This document shows positions 1 through 14,714 of a stretch of 64,000 nt of DNA, one piece after another. The DNA is taken from contig OZ024744.1 of the NCBI GenBank assembly GCA_964016885.1, forward strand, positions 83,266,001 to 83,330,000, in the 5' to 3' direction. Position numbers and translations under genes: made by a program. The DNA is from Eledone cirrhosa (lineage: Eukaryota). The notes under the pieces are model-generated. The model saw only the letters and a program-made list of their open reading frames with translations, was not told the DNA's origin and searched no databases. The first letter of the stretch is position 1; the number at the start of each line of letters is the position of its first letter.

Positions 1-116
1 TTATTGAGAACGTCTCAGAATGTGTGACGAAACAGCGTTGACAAATAGATAACCAACCGTCTACTAAACTAATCGACGAATGGATTAGTTACCCGAGTAA
101 TGTGGGTTTCTGATTT

Positions 117-319
117 AGGCACAATTCTAAACATTCGTTGAGAAGGGAATGTCTATTATATGAACCCCCAGTACATTCTTAGTACTTTATTCTATCGACC
201 CCGGAAGGATGAAAGGTAAAGTTAACCTCTACGGAATTTGATCTCGGAATATAAAAGCTAAAACAAAATCTGCAAAACAGTTCGGTTCTCAATCTCTCGA
301 TTCTGCCAATCCACTGCCC
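117..319 (-). mobile_element. tRNA-derived Nin/Deu-domain SINE, diverged copy
   Basis: Reverse complement contains the head GGGCAGTGGATTGGCAGAATCG and the core GAGGTTAACTTTACCTTTCATCCTTCCGGGGTCGATAGAATAAAGTAC, shared with more than 10 other copies in the window. Confidence 0.8.
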
Positions 320-395
320 GTGAGAAATAATAAAACTGGGGTGAAACTGATCCAGTATGTGTGTTCTTATTAGCAGCATGTACCTCCAATTAAGA

Positions 396-440
<45 letters not shown>

Positions 441-728
441 TACATATATGATGAAACGAAGGTATCGAATAAGACAGACACACCAATGGTCGTTTAGTCA
501 CTCAATAAGTTAATTAAATCTGTATTATTAAGACACACACCCAAGAAAATTAGAGTGCACACTTATGCGTTAATTAGGGAGAAAAACGATTTTGTGTAGG
601 GAGAAAATTTCATTTGCCGGCCCCGGACCAATGCTTTAGTTTTGTAACACTAAGATTGTTCGTAATTGTAATAAACAGCTTCTACTGAATATATATATAA
701 GTATTTTTGAAACAGTAAGCGAGTTTGA

Positions 729-1034
<306 letters not shown>

Positions 1035-1346
1035 TTTCTGAATTTGTTTAGCAAGATTCTTTATCTGAAAACGATTTTTGAAACCGATATTGTTATACTT
1101 TGGGAGGGTCGTGTTGCCAATAATATATATATTCACATATACACAAATATCTATGCTTATTTATATGCATCTCCTCATTTTACTCGGGTAAAGTCTCTTA
1201 CTATTATTGGTTTGTGCTAACTGGCCGATACATAGGAGCAAATATAAATTTTATCACCCTCCAGTTTCGAAGGCAAACAAAATTGTTAAAATTATTTGCA
1301 ATTTTAATAAATAGCTTCCACAAAACTTATATATATGAATATCCCA

Positions 1347-1404
1347 GGCTTCCTGATGAGTTCTCCCGAATGAAGAATGAAACAGTCCTTGTTCTGTAGA
1401 AGCC
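1347..1404 (+). ncRNA. Type I hammerhead ribozyme motif (family D)
   Basis: GGCTTC-CTGATGA-GTTCT..AGAAT-GAAA-CAG..CTG-TA-GAAGCC: perfect 6-bp stem I, canonical core, GUA triplet ending at 1398. Confidence 0.85.
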
Positions 1405-1407
1405 ATT

Positions 1408-1553
<146 letters not shown>

Positions 1554-1798
1554 ATATATAAATATATATATATGTATATATATATATATATGTATCTATG
1601 TATATATATATTTGTGGAGGCAGGTGTTGTGCATATATATATATAGATACAATGTGCGTGTGAGTGTGTCTGTATATATATATATATATGTATATACATG
1701 TATATGTATATATATGAATAAATATGTCTGTATATACGTATATATATATATATATATATATAAATATATGTATATATATATATATATTATTTACATTA

Positions 1799-1919
<121 letters not shown>

Positions 1920-2008
1920 GTCCCCCACGTACCACTCTCAAGCGTGAAACAAAAAACCATACCATTTTGTACTGCCTCCATGTTTTTTTGTTCTCTGTTC
2001 AATGTTTC

Positions 2009-2050
<42 letters not shown>

Positions 2051-2230
2051 CAAGAAAGAAGTCTGACACGGTTTGCTATACAAAAAAGGTTTTTAATCTC
2101 ATTGCTGACAATTGTTTCTCTGAACTGGTAGGTCTAGAGATCGCTACCCGCTGGTTTTCACGTTATTCGATCGCCAATACCAAGTTGTAACCATATATAT
2201 ATATATATATATATCAACTATATATATATA

Positions 2231-2411
2231 TAACGAAGGAGCTGTGGTAAGGAAGCAGATGGACTATAACGCTCCGGAGTACTCAATACTTAGGGTAGTA
2301 GACTGGTAATAAGAAAAAGTATGACCCCGACGGCAGAGCTCAAGCCGTTTCGTCAGCTATTTCTGGACTAAAAAAAATGGCTTGCGTTCTGGCGTTGGGG
2401 TCATATTTTTT

Positions 2412-2414
<3 letters not shown>
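2231..2414 (-). mobile_element. Family A Penelope-like mini-element, foldback, diverged
   Basis: Reverse complement of the family A tail and HHR 3' half, followed by a degenerate inverted arm ending in CCTAT(AT)n. Confidence 0.75.
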
Positions 2415-3027
<613 letters not shown>

Positions 3028-3208
3028 TATATATGTATATAATAAATATATATATATATATACGTATATACACACATATGTATACATATATACATATATA
3101 CATGTATATACACATATACAGACACACTGACACGCACATTGTATGTATATACATATACATACATACACAACCCCCGCCCCCCACATATATATATATATAC
3201 TTAGATAC

Positions 3209-3274
<66 letters not shown>

Positions 3275-3976
3275 TTATATATAAGCATATATTATTTGGG
3301 GTAAAGTCCCTTATTATTATCGGTTTGTTTAGACTGAGCTAAAGATCCGCAAGGTGAAACATTTGTTCCCGGTATGGTGAACTAACTGTTGTGATACTAC
3401 TTCTATGCATATATATATATGTGTGTGTTGGGGGTGGGGGGGTGGGGGGGACGTCTAGCTTAACGTTATACGACTTAGTAAAGTGTATATTCAACTTTAA
3501 ATGTTCAAGGCTTACTTAAGTCATTTTATAGAGTTAGTTGTTTTACTCTTATTTCATATAAGTAGCCAGAAAAATAATCACTAACATAATGTAGTTGGAA
3601 GTGTAAAACTTTATGATAATCTCGTACTAAAATACTACCATTCTTTGTTTTTTTTTCTAAGAAAGAGACAAGATATTATTAAAGGGCACGTAAAGACTTT
3701 TCTGAAAACTATGCTAAATTATGTTTATAAGATGTTAATTTATGAGGAGAGAGCTAGACCTGCAAACTCTTATGATAGAAGTGATATTTAACAGTAGGTC
3801 ACATTCCATGTATTACTATGAATGTGCATATATACATACACACACACGCAAACAACACACACACACGCACACACACATATATATATATATGTATATGCAA
3901 AAGGCAAACAGTAATAACAAAACAAAAGACACAGTACAATATTATTAGTTTTACGCTTAAAATAATAGGAAATGCA

Positions 3977-4012
3977 TCTTAACGTTTCGAACTCAATTCC
4001 TTCATCAGAAAA
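3977..4012 (-). ncRNA. Minimal hammerhead motif (family E)
   Basis: Reverse complement TTTT-CTGATGA-AGGAATTGAGTTC-GAAACGTT-AAGA; same architecture and upstream flank as 58701 and 60699. Confidence 0.7.
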
Positions 4013-4259
4013 TAGAATGAGAAATTAAAGAGGAAATATATATTAATATACATATATATATATTAATAGTGAAAGAGTGAAGAATAACATGGTCGGCTGT
4101 ACAAAAAGGTTTTATTTACAGTATTAAACATTGTTTCATTGATAAGGTGAGTCTAAAGGCCGCTGATCACTCGAAATTGCGTCACTCGACCTTAAATACA
4201 GTATCTGTATCTGGATTACCTAAAACGATAACTTGTTATCCCATATATATATATATATA

Positions 4260-4332
<73 letters not shown>

Positions 4333-4441
4333 TCATTGATAATATAATCACTCTCACAATACCGAATACTCTTCTGAATGACGGTCTTACTAGTTTAAAG
4401 GTTGTAAAATCCTTCACTAAACCCCACCTCTCTCTCTCTCT

Positions 4442-4486
<45 letters not shown>

Positions 4487-4489
<3 letters not shown>

Positions 4490-5215
4490 TATAAAGTATG
4501 TCCATAGAATCATTTGACAATATATATACACCATTTCCTCTCCCAATTAGCATAATCAACCACACAAAAAAACAATTAAACCAGGTTATAAGATTAAAAG
4601 GCACCTATGAAGAAATAGTGGATAAATAAACGACAGCCATCTATTCGCGGTAAACTGCCATAGAATATTTACCCAACATTTCAATAGAACGTGGAAATCG
4701 ATTAAATATACCGTCAACCATACACAATTAGGAATAAAATTAAAGTTAGAAGAAAAAATGCACATACACATACCAGGGTTTCGTTCGCTTTCGGAAATAT
4801 CCTATCAAGGATAAATTCTCGAGCTTCGAACTCGTCAGGAAACAAACGCACTTGGACAAAGAATTTTCCTAAATGATCCCCGCCAGAAACGAATTCAAAA
4901 TGGCTAAGAACCGTGACGTGGCAGTGGTCAAGTCAGAAAGAATGTGATTGATGCCTACGGCGAGTAGGCCGGTTGCTAGAAAGCGCAGCCCAATATTGCC
5001 AAAATTGCATCTCAACTTTATGGGAGATTATCAAATATAAAGATTTACATATACACAAACTAGACAAAGTCACAGATATATATGTTTTAGCAAGCATTCA
5101 CGATGTGGCTCAATGATGAATTAATAAATTAAATAATCAGAGCAATATACTATAAAGTATGTCCATAGAATCATTTGATAATATATATACACCATTTCCT
5201 CTCCCAATTAGCATA
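4487..5215 (-). mobile_element. HHR-containing element with 68-bp terminal direct repeats (retrozyme/pLTR-like)
   Basis: 4487-4554 equals 5148-5215 (1 mismatch, period 661 bp); both outer ends abut (TA)n; internal HHR motif at 4771-4843. Confidence 0.7.
4771..4843 (-). ncRNA. Hammerhead motif with extended stem II; proximal stem I unpaired
   Basis: Reverse complement CTGACGA-GTTCG...(hairpin TATCCT/AGGATA)...CGAAC-GAAA-CC-CT-GG-TA. Confidence 0.65.
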
Positions 5216-6322
5216 TATATATATATGAATATATTACCAATATAATAAAGCAGTTTTAATCACAAATCTTCCTTAGCCAGAATTTACTTTAGTGTGTGTT
5301 GATATTATATTTACTAATATTAAAGTAATTTTTATATTACACAAGGTATATACACACAAGACCGCACGCACGCCACAACCCTCTCCCTCGCTCTCACCAC
5401 GCAGACATACACACATCTATATGCCATTATGCAAATACATTGTTCTTTCAGACTCTCTTTCTATTCCTCTCTTCTGGGTCGAAAAACAAAGTACCAGTCC
5501 AACGGCAGTCTATTCGTGTAATTTCTGACCTGGCCCCTTGTGGTGTATCTATCTTTGTTGTCTGTGCTCGTCTAAAATCTCAATCTGTATCAGCACTTGC
5601 TTTTCTCTAAGGAAACGTATGTGATATGGAGAAGTTAGACCTGCATGCATGGGCGATTGCAGGTGTTCTACAAAAAATAACATTGCTGTAACCTGCACTT
5701 TGGAGGGAAATCTTCTAGTTGCAGATACAAACCCGTGTTTAACATTCCCTATGGAATTTTCTTTCATTAAAGAGACAGGATACAACCTTAAACCTTTCTT
5801 GAGTCCTAAGTTGATCCGCTCAATGCTCAGTTTAAGACTTAGCATAGTAAAAATTCGTTTAGGAATTTTAAAGGAATTTTGTTTGAGATGAAATGGTAAA
5901 GAAATTACCTCAACATGAAGGACTATGGAATAGTATTGATAAGATCAAAATATTGGCAGATCATATGTCAGTATAGTAAGGGTTCAACAAAATGTAAGAG
6001 GTTAACCACATGCTGGTTGTTTAGCCGTTATTTTGAAATATGCTGAAAAAAATCATGACCGGCGTTTTCAAATAAAGTACATGTACCAATTTTGCAACTG
6101 TAATATTTGTGTGTATATGTGGAAAGTGTTTGTGCATTTGTGCGAGATCGTTTGTATGTGTATGTATGTATGTGTGTGCGTGCGTGTGTGTGTATGTATG
6201 TGTGTGTGTGTGTTCGTGTGAGCGTCTGTGTGTGTCTATGTGTGTGAGCGCAGTTTTCAAGTTTTGACAGTACGTGTATCTTGAGGATATGATTTTAACA
6301 GGTTGTGTTATAAAATTTATCA

Positions 6323-6372
<50 letters not shown>

Positions 6373-6872
6373 TTATATATTTATTTAAATTGAATGCAAA
6401 TAGATACGCAATATAATACTTGAAAAATAAATTCATATATATTTGGGTACAACGATGGATTCTTAAGTTAAGGAAGTGAAGCAGCTCAGATGTAGTGAAG
6501 CGATAGAATATAACACCAGTTTTCTATTTTCTTCGAATACATGACATATATAAGATGTTTGATAATAATAGGCATAGATGCTTGGCAGTAGGTGTCAAGA
6601 ATAGGAGGTGGAGGTTGGAAACTGAGAAAGTGAATAGAAGAGAATAGAAGAGAAGAGAACATCACCTATATAGGAACGTGTGCTTTAAGATGGCAGCAAT
6701 GGAGGTGGAAAGACAGCAACTAAGCAAATTGAACCAAGAGAAATACACGCACATACGCATATACATTTTTACACATATTTGAGCGAGGATGCGTATATAT
6801 GTATATATATACGAATATATATATGAATATATATGTATATAGAACATATATATATATATAATATATACATAT

Positions 6873-6928
<56 letters not shown>

Positions 6929-7005
6929 GTATAGATGTATATATGTATATATATATGTTTATGTGTTTGACGCATATATATGCATATATAACATGGTATA
7001 ATTGG

Positions 7006-7047
<42 letters not shown>

Positions 7048-7070
7048 GTGTGTGTGTGTGTGCGTTTAGT

Positions 7071-7182
7071 GTGTAGGGGTACGTATTTGAAAAATAGTCG
7101 ATTTTAGCTTGGATCATATTATGTGGCATCTTAGGCAAGTATCATTTACTTGGGTAGACGATAACAGAATGGAAGCCCATCG
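7071..7182 (+). mobile_element. Diverged second SINE family (CORE-like) fragment
   Basis: GTGGCATCTTAGGCAAGT...GGTAGACGATAACAGAATGGAAGCCCATC resembles a CORE-type octopus SINE. Recognised from memory only. Confidence 0.4.
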
Positions 7183-7374
7183 GATGGATTCTGTCGGCAA
7201 TTCACACATTTTGCCGTGTTGATTCTGCCAGCCTAACGATTATGTTAAGAGCATAAATTTTTATGGAATACTAAAACATTGCACGATAATCCAACACTTC
7301 AATACACGAGATTGAATCCAACGAATGATTCATAGGAAATACGTACATACATACTTATACAAGCATGCGCACAT

Positions 7375-7440
<66 letters not shown>

Positions 7441-7495
7441 GCACATATACATATATGTATATGTGTGTATGTGTGTATGTATATATATATGTATA

Positions 7496-7569
<74 letters not shown>

Positions 7570-7628
7570 TATATAAATATATATAAATATATATATATAT
7601 ATACATAAATATATATATATATATATAC

Positions 7629-7661
<33 letters not shown>

Positions 7662-7676
7662 CGTGTGTGTGTGTGT

Positions 7677-7712
<36 letters not shown>

Positions 7713-7718
7713 CTATAA

Positions 7719-7796
<78 letters not shown>

Positions 7797-7916
7797 GTGT
7801 GTGTGTGTAGTGTAGTGTAGTGTATTGATGTGTAGCATTTAGTTACTGGGGGTTGAGAGATGTAAGTTTCTACGGGTATTTAGGGAGCAGACAGTTAATA
7901 ATAGTAATAGTAATAA

Positions 7917-8102
7917 TTGTTTCTTCTTTTGGCACAAGGCCAGCAATTTACCCCCACTGCATTACTGGTACTTTCTTTTATCGTCCCCGTAAGGAGAAAA
8001 GGCAAAGTTAACCTCGGCGGGATTTGAACTCAGATCGTAAAGGGCCGTAATTCTATACGGTAAATCATGGCGTCTGACGCTTTACGGGCATTGACATCCA
8101 CC
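7917..8102 (-). mobile_element. tRNA-derived Nin/Deu-domain SINE
   Basis: Reverse complement has B box GAGTTCAAATCCC, the Nin core and a GAAACAA(TTA)n tail. Confidence 0.85.
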
Positions 8103-8221
8103 ATAATAACAATATAAGGAGCAGGAACGATGTATCAATACAGCATCATTATGTTTATTCACGTGATGTGACGCACGTTGATGCTTAGTTCTTGTTCCCT
8201 AATTATATTATTATTATTATT

Positions 8222-8388
8222 AGAGGGTCTGCTGCCATGTTTTGCAGTATAGTGTTACGGCCCTTTATGATCTGAGTTCAAATTCCACCGAGGTTAACTT
8301 TGCCTTTCATCCTTACGGGTTCGATAAAATAAAGTACCAGTAATGCACTTGGGTATTTTGGTGGCTTTGTGCCGAAAAGTAGAAACAA
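8222..8388 (+). mobile_element. Nin/Deu SINE, 5'-truncated, in an (ATT)n tract
   Basis: B box GAGTTCAAATTCC, core and tail present. Confidence 0.85.
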
Positions 8389-8413
8389 TTATTATTATTA
8401 TTATTAGACACAA

Positions 8414-8600
8414 GGGCGGTGGATTGGCAGTATCTGTAGAGAGTCGGACGCCATGCTTTCCAGCATAGTTACGTCCCTTTACGATCTGAGTTCAAATCCC
8501 GCCGAGGTTAACTTTGCCCTTTTACCTTACGGGGACGATAAAATAAAGTACCAGTAATGCACTTGGGTAATTGCTGGCTTTGTGCCTCAAGTAGAAACAA
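8414..8600 (+). mobile_element. Nin/Deu SINE, full length
   Basis: A box TGGCAGTATCTG and B box GAGTTCAAATCCC; flanked on both sides by (ATT)nAGACACA (TSD-like); a third head fragment starts at about 8627. Confidence 0.9.
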
Positions 8601-8780
8601 TTATTATTATTATTAGACACACGTTATGGTGGTGGATTGGCAGTATCGGTAGAGGGTCGGATACCTTGTTTGGTGGTTTATCCTTGGGTAGAATTGGTCA
8701 TTCTGCAAAAATAATCATAATGTAGCAGTAACAAAATCACTCGACGTTACACAACTCATCCATCTTTCATGGTGAATCCT

Positions 8781-8819
<39 letters not shown>

Positions 8820-8861
8820 GTACATCCATACATACAAATATATGCATATATAAACATGTTT

Positions 8862-8925
<64 letters not shown>

Positions 8926-9202
8926 TTATATGTATATATTTATTGTTATGCTCTGAAGCTTTCTGAAATATTTCATCTTAGAAATACTGGTTAGAAAGTT
9001 TGTTATGGGGATAAATGAAAATAAGAGTGATTACGCTATATACAAAATAATATTGCAGTTTATTTATGAATTAAGATATATAAATATATATATATAGTAA
9101 TAATAATAAAATTGAAGACTAAAATCCAAAGAGGGCTCGATAAGGAAAATATATATCAGATATATAAGAACCGAAGAGCAAATATTTATTAAAATAACAG
9201 AT

Positions 9203-9271
<69 letters not shown>

Positions 9272-9493
9272 CAAATAGTGAAAACGATGCAATTAAACAA
9301 AATGCAGGTAAATTCATTGTAAAACAAATAATTTTTACTATTCATTGTTTTCACTATTTGTATTATTTTGACTCTGCTGCCAATAAAATTATATCGTAGA
9401 AATTTTGTATTTTAAACTTTTCTTCACGATAGCTTTTACATAAGGATTACATTGAGTTCTTCATACGGCTTGTACCTACCATTAATTGGTGAA

Positions 9494-9527
<34 letters not shown>

Positions 9528-9531
<4 letters not shown>

Positions 9532-9720
9532 AACATGTATGACCCCGACGGCAGAATTCAAGCCGTTTCGAAGGGTATTTCTGGACTGAAATAGCCGTCG
9601 AAACGGCTTGAGCTCTGCCGTCGGGGTCATACTTGTTCCTATTTCCCCCTCTACTACCCTAAGTATTGAGTACTCTGGTGCGTTATGGTCCATCTGGTTC
9701 CTTACCACAATTGCTTTGTT
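9528..9720 (+). mobile_element. Family A foldback mini-element (HHR 3' half in both arms)
   Basis: TAGGAACATGTATGACCCCGACGGC...GCCGTCGGGGTCATACTTGTTCCTA plus an ~90-bp tail, in (TA)n. Confidence 0.85.
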
Positions 9721-9799
9721 ATATATATATATATATATTATCATTATTATTATTGTATATATTATATATATATATAAATATATATATATATTATTATTA

Positions 9800-9912
9800 C
9801 TGAGTTCAAATCCAGCCGAGGTTAACTTTGCCTTTCATCCTTACGGGTTCTATAAAATAAAGTACCAGTGATGTACTGAAATTGCTGGCCTTGTGCCAAA
9901 AACTAGAAACAA
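9800..9912 (+). mobile_element. Nin/Deu SINE 3' part
   Basis: B box, core and tail, within (ATT)n. Confidence 0.8.
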
Positions 9913-10084
9913 TTATTATTATTATTATATATATATATATAGTTGTAGTGCACCTGAGCACTGTACACAATAATTTCATTATTATTATCATTATTATATA
10001 TATATATATATATAGATAGATATGCATATATATATATGTATAGATACATATATATATAAGCATATACATATGCATATATATATA

Positions 10085-10280
10085 TAGGAAAAGCTTAACC
10101 CCGACGGCAGAGCTCAAGCCGTTTCGACGGCTATTTCTGGACACCAGTCCAGAAATAGCCGTCGTAACGGCTTGAGCCGTCGAGGTTAGACTTTTTCCCT
10201 ATTACCCAATTTACTATTCTAAGTATTGAGTACTCTCGTGCGTTATGGTCCATCTGGTTCCTTGCCACACCTCCTTCGTT
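10085..10280 (+). mobile_element. Family A foldback mini-element
   Basis: Same architecture as 9528; centre CTGGACACCAGTCCAG. Confidence 0.85.
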
Positions 10281-10323
10281 ATATATATATATATATATAT
10301 ATATTCAAGTAAGAATATTTTCG

Positions 10324-10378
<55 letters not shown>

Positions 10379-10595
10379 TATGTATATGTATATATACATA
10401 AATATATATGTTTGTGCGTATATATATATATATATATATAAAGGATTGTTGCTCTGAAATAGCGATGTATACAAGATAGTATGTATAGTGTATTTGTATA
10501 ATATACTGTTTGTTTAATTAAACACATTTAGAGGACCGTACGCTATCAGTTTTTAAGTAGTGACTATAACAATTACTTCATATATATATATATTG

Positions 10596-10742
<147 letters not shown>

Positions 10743-10803
10743 TAAATACACAATAAATATCTATAAATAAATACACAAACATATATATATATAAATGAAT
10801 AAT

Positions 10804-10836
<33 letters not shown>

Positions 10837-10843
10837 ATATATA

Positions 10844-11052
10844 TTAGAAAGTGAGGTTTTTTTACAAAATGAAAAATAACCGAAGTGTCCTACACGAGTG
10901 AAAGTATAAAGAAAAAAAAGATGGAATCAAAAATGCAAGTGGAGTCTCATTTAAAAACATATATATATTTATTTGGTTCCTTTATCGGTTTCGCAATTCT
11001 TCTGCTTTTCAAAAGTAGTGTTGAGATGGAGGGTCTGTGGTTTTTCTCACAT
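10844..11052 (-). mobile_element. Family F mini-element with UUGAAAA-core HHR (10979-11015)
   Basis: Homologous to 23567-23761, 25706-25843 and 30936-31300. Confidence 0.8.
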
Positions 11053-11581
11053 CTTATATATATATTTATACATATGTATATTTATATATATAATATATTA
11101 TATATATATATACATATATATTTATATATATTCATATATATATACATATTTGTCTATATGTATATATAAGTATATATACTTATATATAGATATTTATGCA
11201 CACATACACACATATATATACATATGTATATATATAAGTATATATTTTATATTTACATATGCATATATACACATACGTATATATTTGTGTCTGCGTGTGT
11301 GTGTCTACAAATATATCTATAATATATAAATAAATATATATAAATTTGTGTGGAATTTATAGTGTATACTTTTATGTCCAACAAAGTGTTTGGTAATTAA
11401 CAAATAATAAACGAACATAATGAAATAAATTGTAATCGACAAAATTCCAAATAAAACCTTTGAATTCGGTTGTCCAAATTGGCCGAAGGAACAAAAAAAA
11501 AGTCATATACAAACATACACAGACACACTCAAACAACAAAATAAGCAATGATATATATATATGTTTATATATGTATATATA

Positions 11582-11739
11582 TAGTAATAATTATAAAAGT
11601 AAAGACTAAAATCGGAAGAGGATTGATAAGGATGATATATATAAAAATGCAAAACCGTATTCCAAATATAGAATTTCAGAAGATACAGTTATGGGTGGAA
11701 GCAGTGATTCTCTGCTTAAACTTTAATCTATTATTTTAA
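11582..11739. mobile_element. Family B mini-element, diverged and inverted, with CAGAAGA-core HHR remnant
   Basis: Reverse-complemented tail followed by AATTT-CAGAAGA-TACAGTTATGGGT-GGAA-GCAG..CTGC-TT-AAACT. Confidence 0.7.
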
Positions 11740-11740
11740 G

Positions 11741-11772
<32 letters not shown>

Positions 11773-11809
11773 TTGTGTGTGTGTATATATATGTATATAT
11801 AGGTATATA

Positions 11810-11905
<96 letters not shown>

Positions 11906-11911
11906 TATATG

Positions 11912-11948
<37 letters not shown>

Positions 11949-11993
11949 TCATATATATATGTGTGTTATATATGTATATGTATATAAGTTCAT

Positions 11994-12026
<33 letters not shown>

Positions 12027-12041
12027 TACACATATAAATAA

Positions 12042-12231
12042 TTGTTTCTACTTTTTAGCACAAGGCTAGCAATTACACAGTGCATTACTGGTACTTTATT
12101 TTATCGACCCCCGTAAGGATGAAAGGCAAAGTTAACCTCGGCGGGATTTGAACTCAGCATGGCAAGGGCCGCAACTCTATGCGTCAAAGCATGGCGTCTG
12201 ACCCTCTACCGATACTGCCAATCCACCGCCC
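12042..12231 (-). mobile_element. Nin/Deu SINE, full length
   Basis: Reverse complement starts GGGCGGTGGATTGGCAGTATCGGTAGAG (A box), then B box, core and tail. Confidence 0.9.
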
Positions 12232-12403
12232 TACATATAAATAAGGTATATAAATTCGTGTACAACTCGAGATGAGACGAGTTGCAGACAAGTTTCAGTG
12301 AATGGATAAAATGCCAACTGTGAGCCAACAACTTCAAAACACGTTAATTTCCGCAATTTTTTTTAAAGTGACTCCCTTAAAAGACCTTGTTGAACTCATG
12401 TAT

Positions 12404-12471
<68 letters not shown>

Positions 12472-12637
12472 CAATTTGACAATTACATAGATATATATCA
12501 CTCCATATATAAATACATACATGCTTAGATACATACATAAATACACACGTGAATGCATACATGCATATACATATATATACACATATATACATTTTTATAT
12601 GCTTGTATTTATATATGTATATATAAGTATATGTATG

Positions 12638-12744
<107 letters not shown>

Positions 12745-12959
12745 CAATATGTATTTATATATTTATATACATACAGATAGATAGATAGATAATTAGATAG
12801 ATATAGATATAGATATAGATATAGACATACATATTTTTATGTATATGTATATATATACTTTCAAACATACATATACATTTATATATATATTTATCCATAT
12901 ATATATGCACAAACATATTCGTTCACTTTGTATACATATAGATATGAATATACACACAC

Positions 12960-13099
<140 letters not shown>

Positions 13100-13186
13100 G
13101 TGTGTGTATATTCATATCTATATGTCTCATGGTTCTGATACCATCAACACTATAAACACAGAGCTGGCATATCTAAGAACTGACTA

Positions 13187-13242
13187 ACTGCCTGATGAGG
13201 TCATAGCCATTCAATGGCTCTCATCGAAATATATATAGCAGT
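13187..13242 (+). ncRNA. Type I hammerhead ribozyme motif (singleton family)
   Basis: ACTGC-CTGATGA-GGT.AGCCAT.ATGGCT.ATC-GAAA-T-ATAT-A-TA-GCAGT: perfect stem I, canonical core, AUA triplet. Confidence 0.85.
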
Positions 13243-13323
13243 AAATAAAGGATTACGAGTTCATGTAATTGACTTATGTTTAGTCACTATATATATATTT
13301 AAAGGTATATATAAATATGAATT

Positions 13324-13431
<108 letters not shown>

Positions 13432-13924
13432 TATATTTAAATGTATATACACACACACACACACACACATATATATCTATATATAGAGAAAGAGGGGGGA
13501 TAGAGAAGGAAAAATGAGAGAGAAAATAAAGAAGGAAGTGCAAGATAAATACATGATAGATTGTTGGAGACAGAGAGAAAGCAAGAGTGAAAGAGATAAT
13601 AATATATATGCATACGCTTTTGTGGTTTTAGTTTAGAAAATCGTTTTATATGCTGAAAAAGAAGTAATCTTCTTTAGAAGAATCATTTTTACCTTTACAG
13701 AATACTTTTATTTACTGTACATATGTTTCATAATGATACCTTCTATTATGATTATTGAAACATTTTTTGCCGCTCTTCTGCAACCTGTTCACTGATGCAA
13801 TTCCAATTCATAATGGACTAGAATTTTATGCAATAAACTAAAAGTAAATCTATATGCTTTTATATTTTCTTAAATGGCTAACATTTAATGTTACATGATA
13901 TTATATACATATATAATTACATAC

Positions 13925-13958
<34 letters not shown>

Positions 13959-14029
13959 GCACATGTACGCTTACATACATACCCACCCACACAGACAGAT
14001 ATATCTATATCTCTATATATATATTTATT

Positions 14030-14111
<82 letters not shown>

Positions 14112-14127
14112 GATATATCTACATATT

Positions 14128-14186
<59 letters not shown>

Positions 14187-14197
14187 AAACATAAACA

Positions 14198-14249
<52 letters not shown>

Positions 14250-14260
14250 GACTCACACAT

Positions 14261-14391
<131 letters not shown>

Positions 14392-14403
14392 GACACACAC
14401 ATT

Positions 14404-14453
<50 letters not shown>

Positions 14454-14454
14454 G

Positions 14455-14566
<112 letters not shown>

Positions 14567-14714
14567 TTATGTGTGTGTGTGTGTGTATGTATGTGTGTGT
14601 ATGTGTGCGTATGTATGTGTATGAATTCTTATAGTGCAAATGTTAAAAGAAAAACTCTTTGAAATATAAAGGTTCTTGGGAAAGTTCATAAGAGCAATAA
14701 TTATCATATTAGAT

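Noticed and set aside
1-48. TTGAGAA-CGTC..GAC-GAAA-CAGCG-TT, a possible U3-A8 hammerhead
   Set aside because: Stem I is cut by the window edge and the visible bases do not pair, so it cannot be supported.
5549-5891. Overlapping 98-aa and 80-aa ORFs in a non-repetitive island
   Set aside because: No recognisable domain (only a faint resemblance to Helitron helicase) and no splice support.
8414-8500. tRNA gene suggested by A and B boxes
   Set aside because: These are SINE heads: there is no cloverleaf and they continue into the Nin core and tail.
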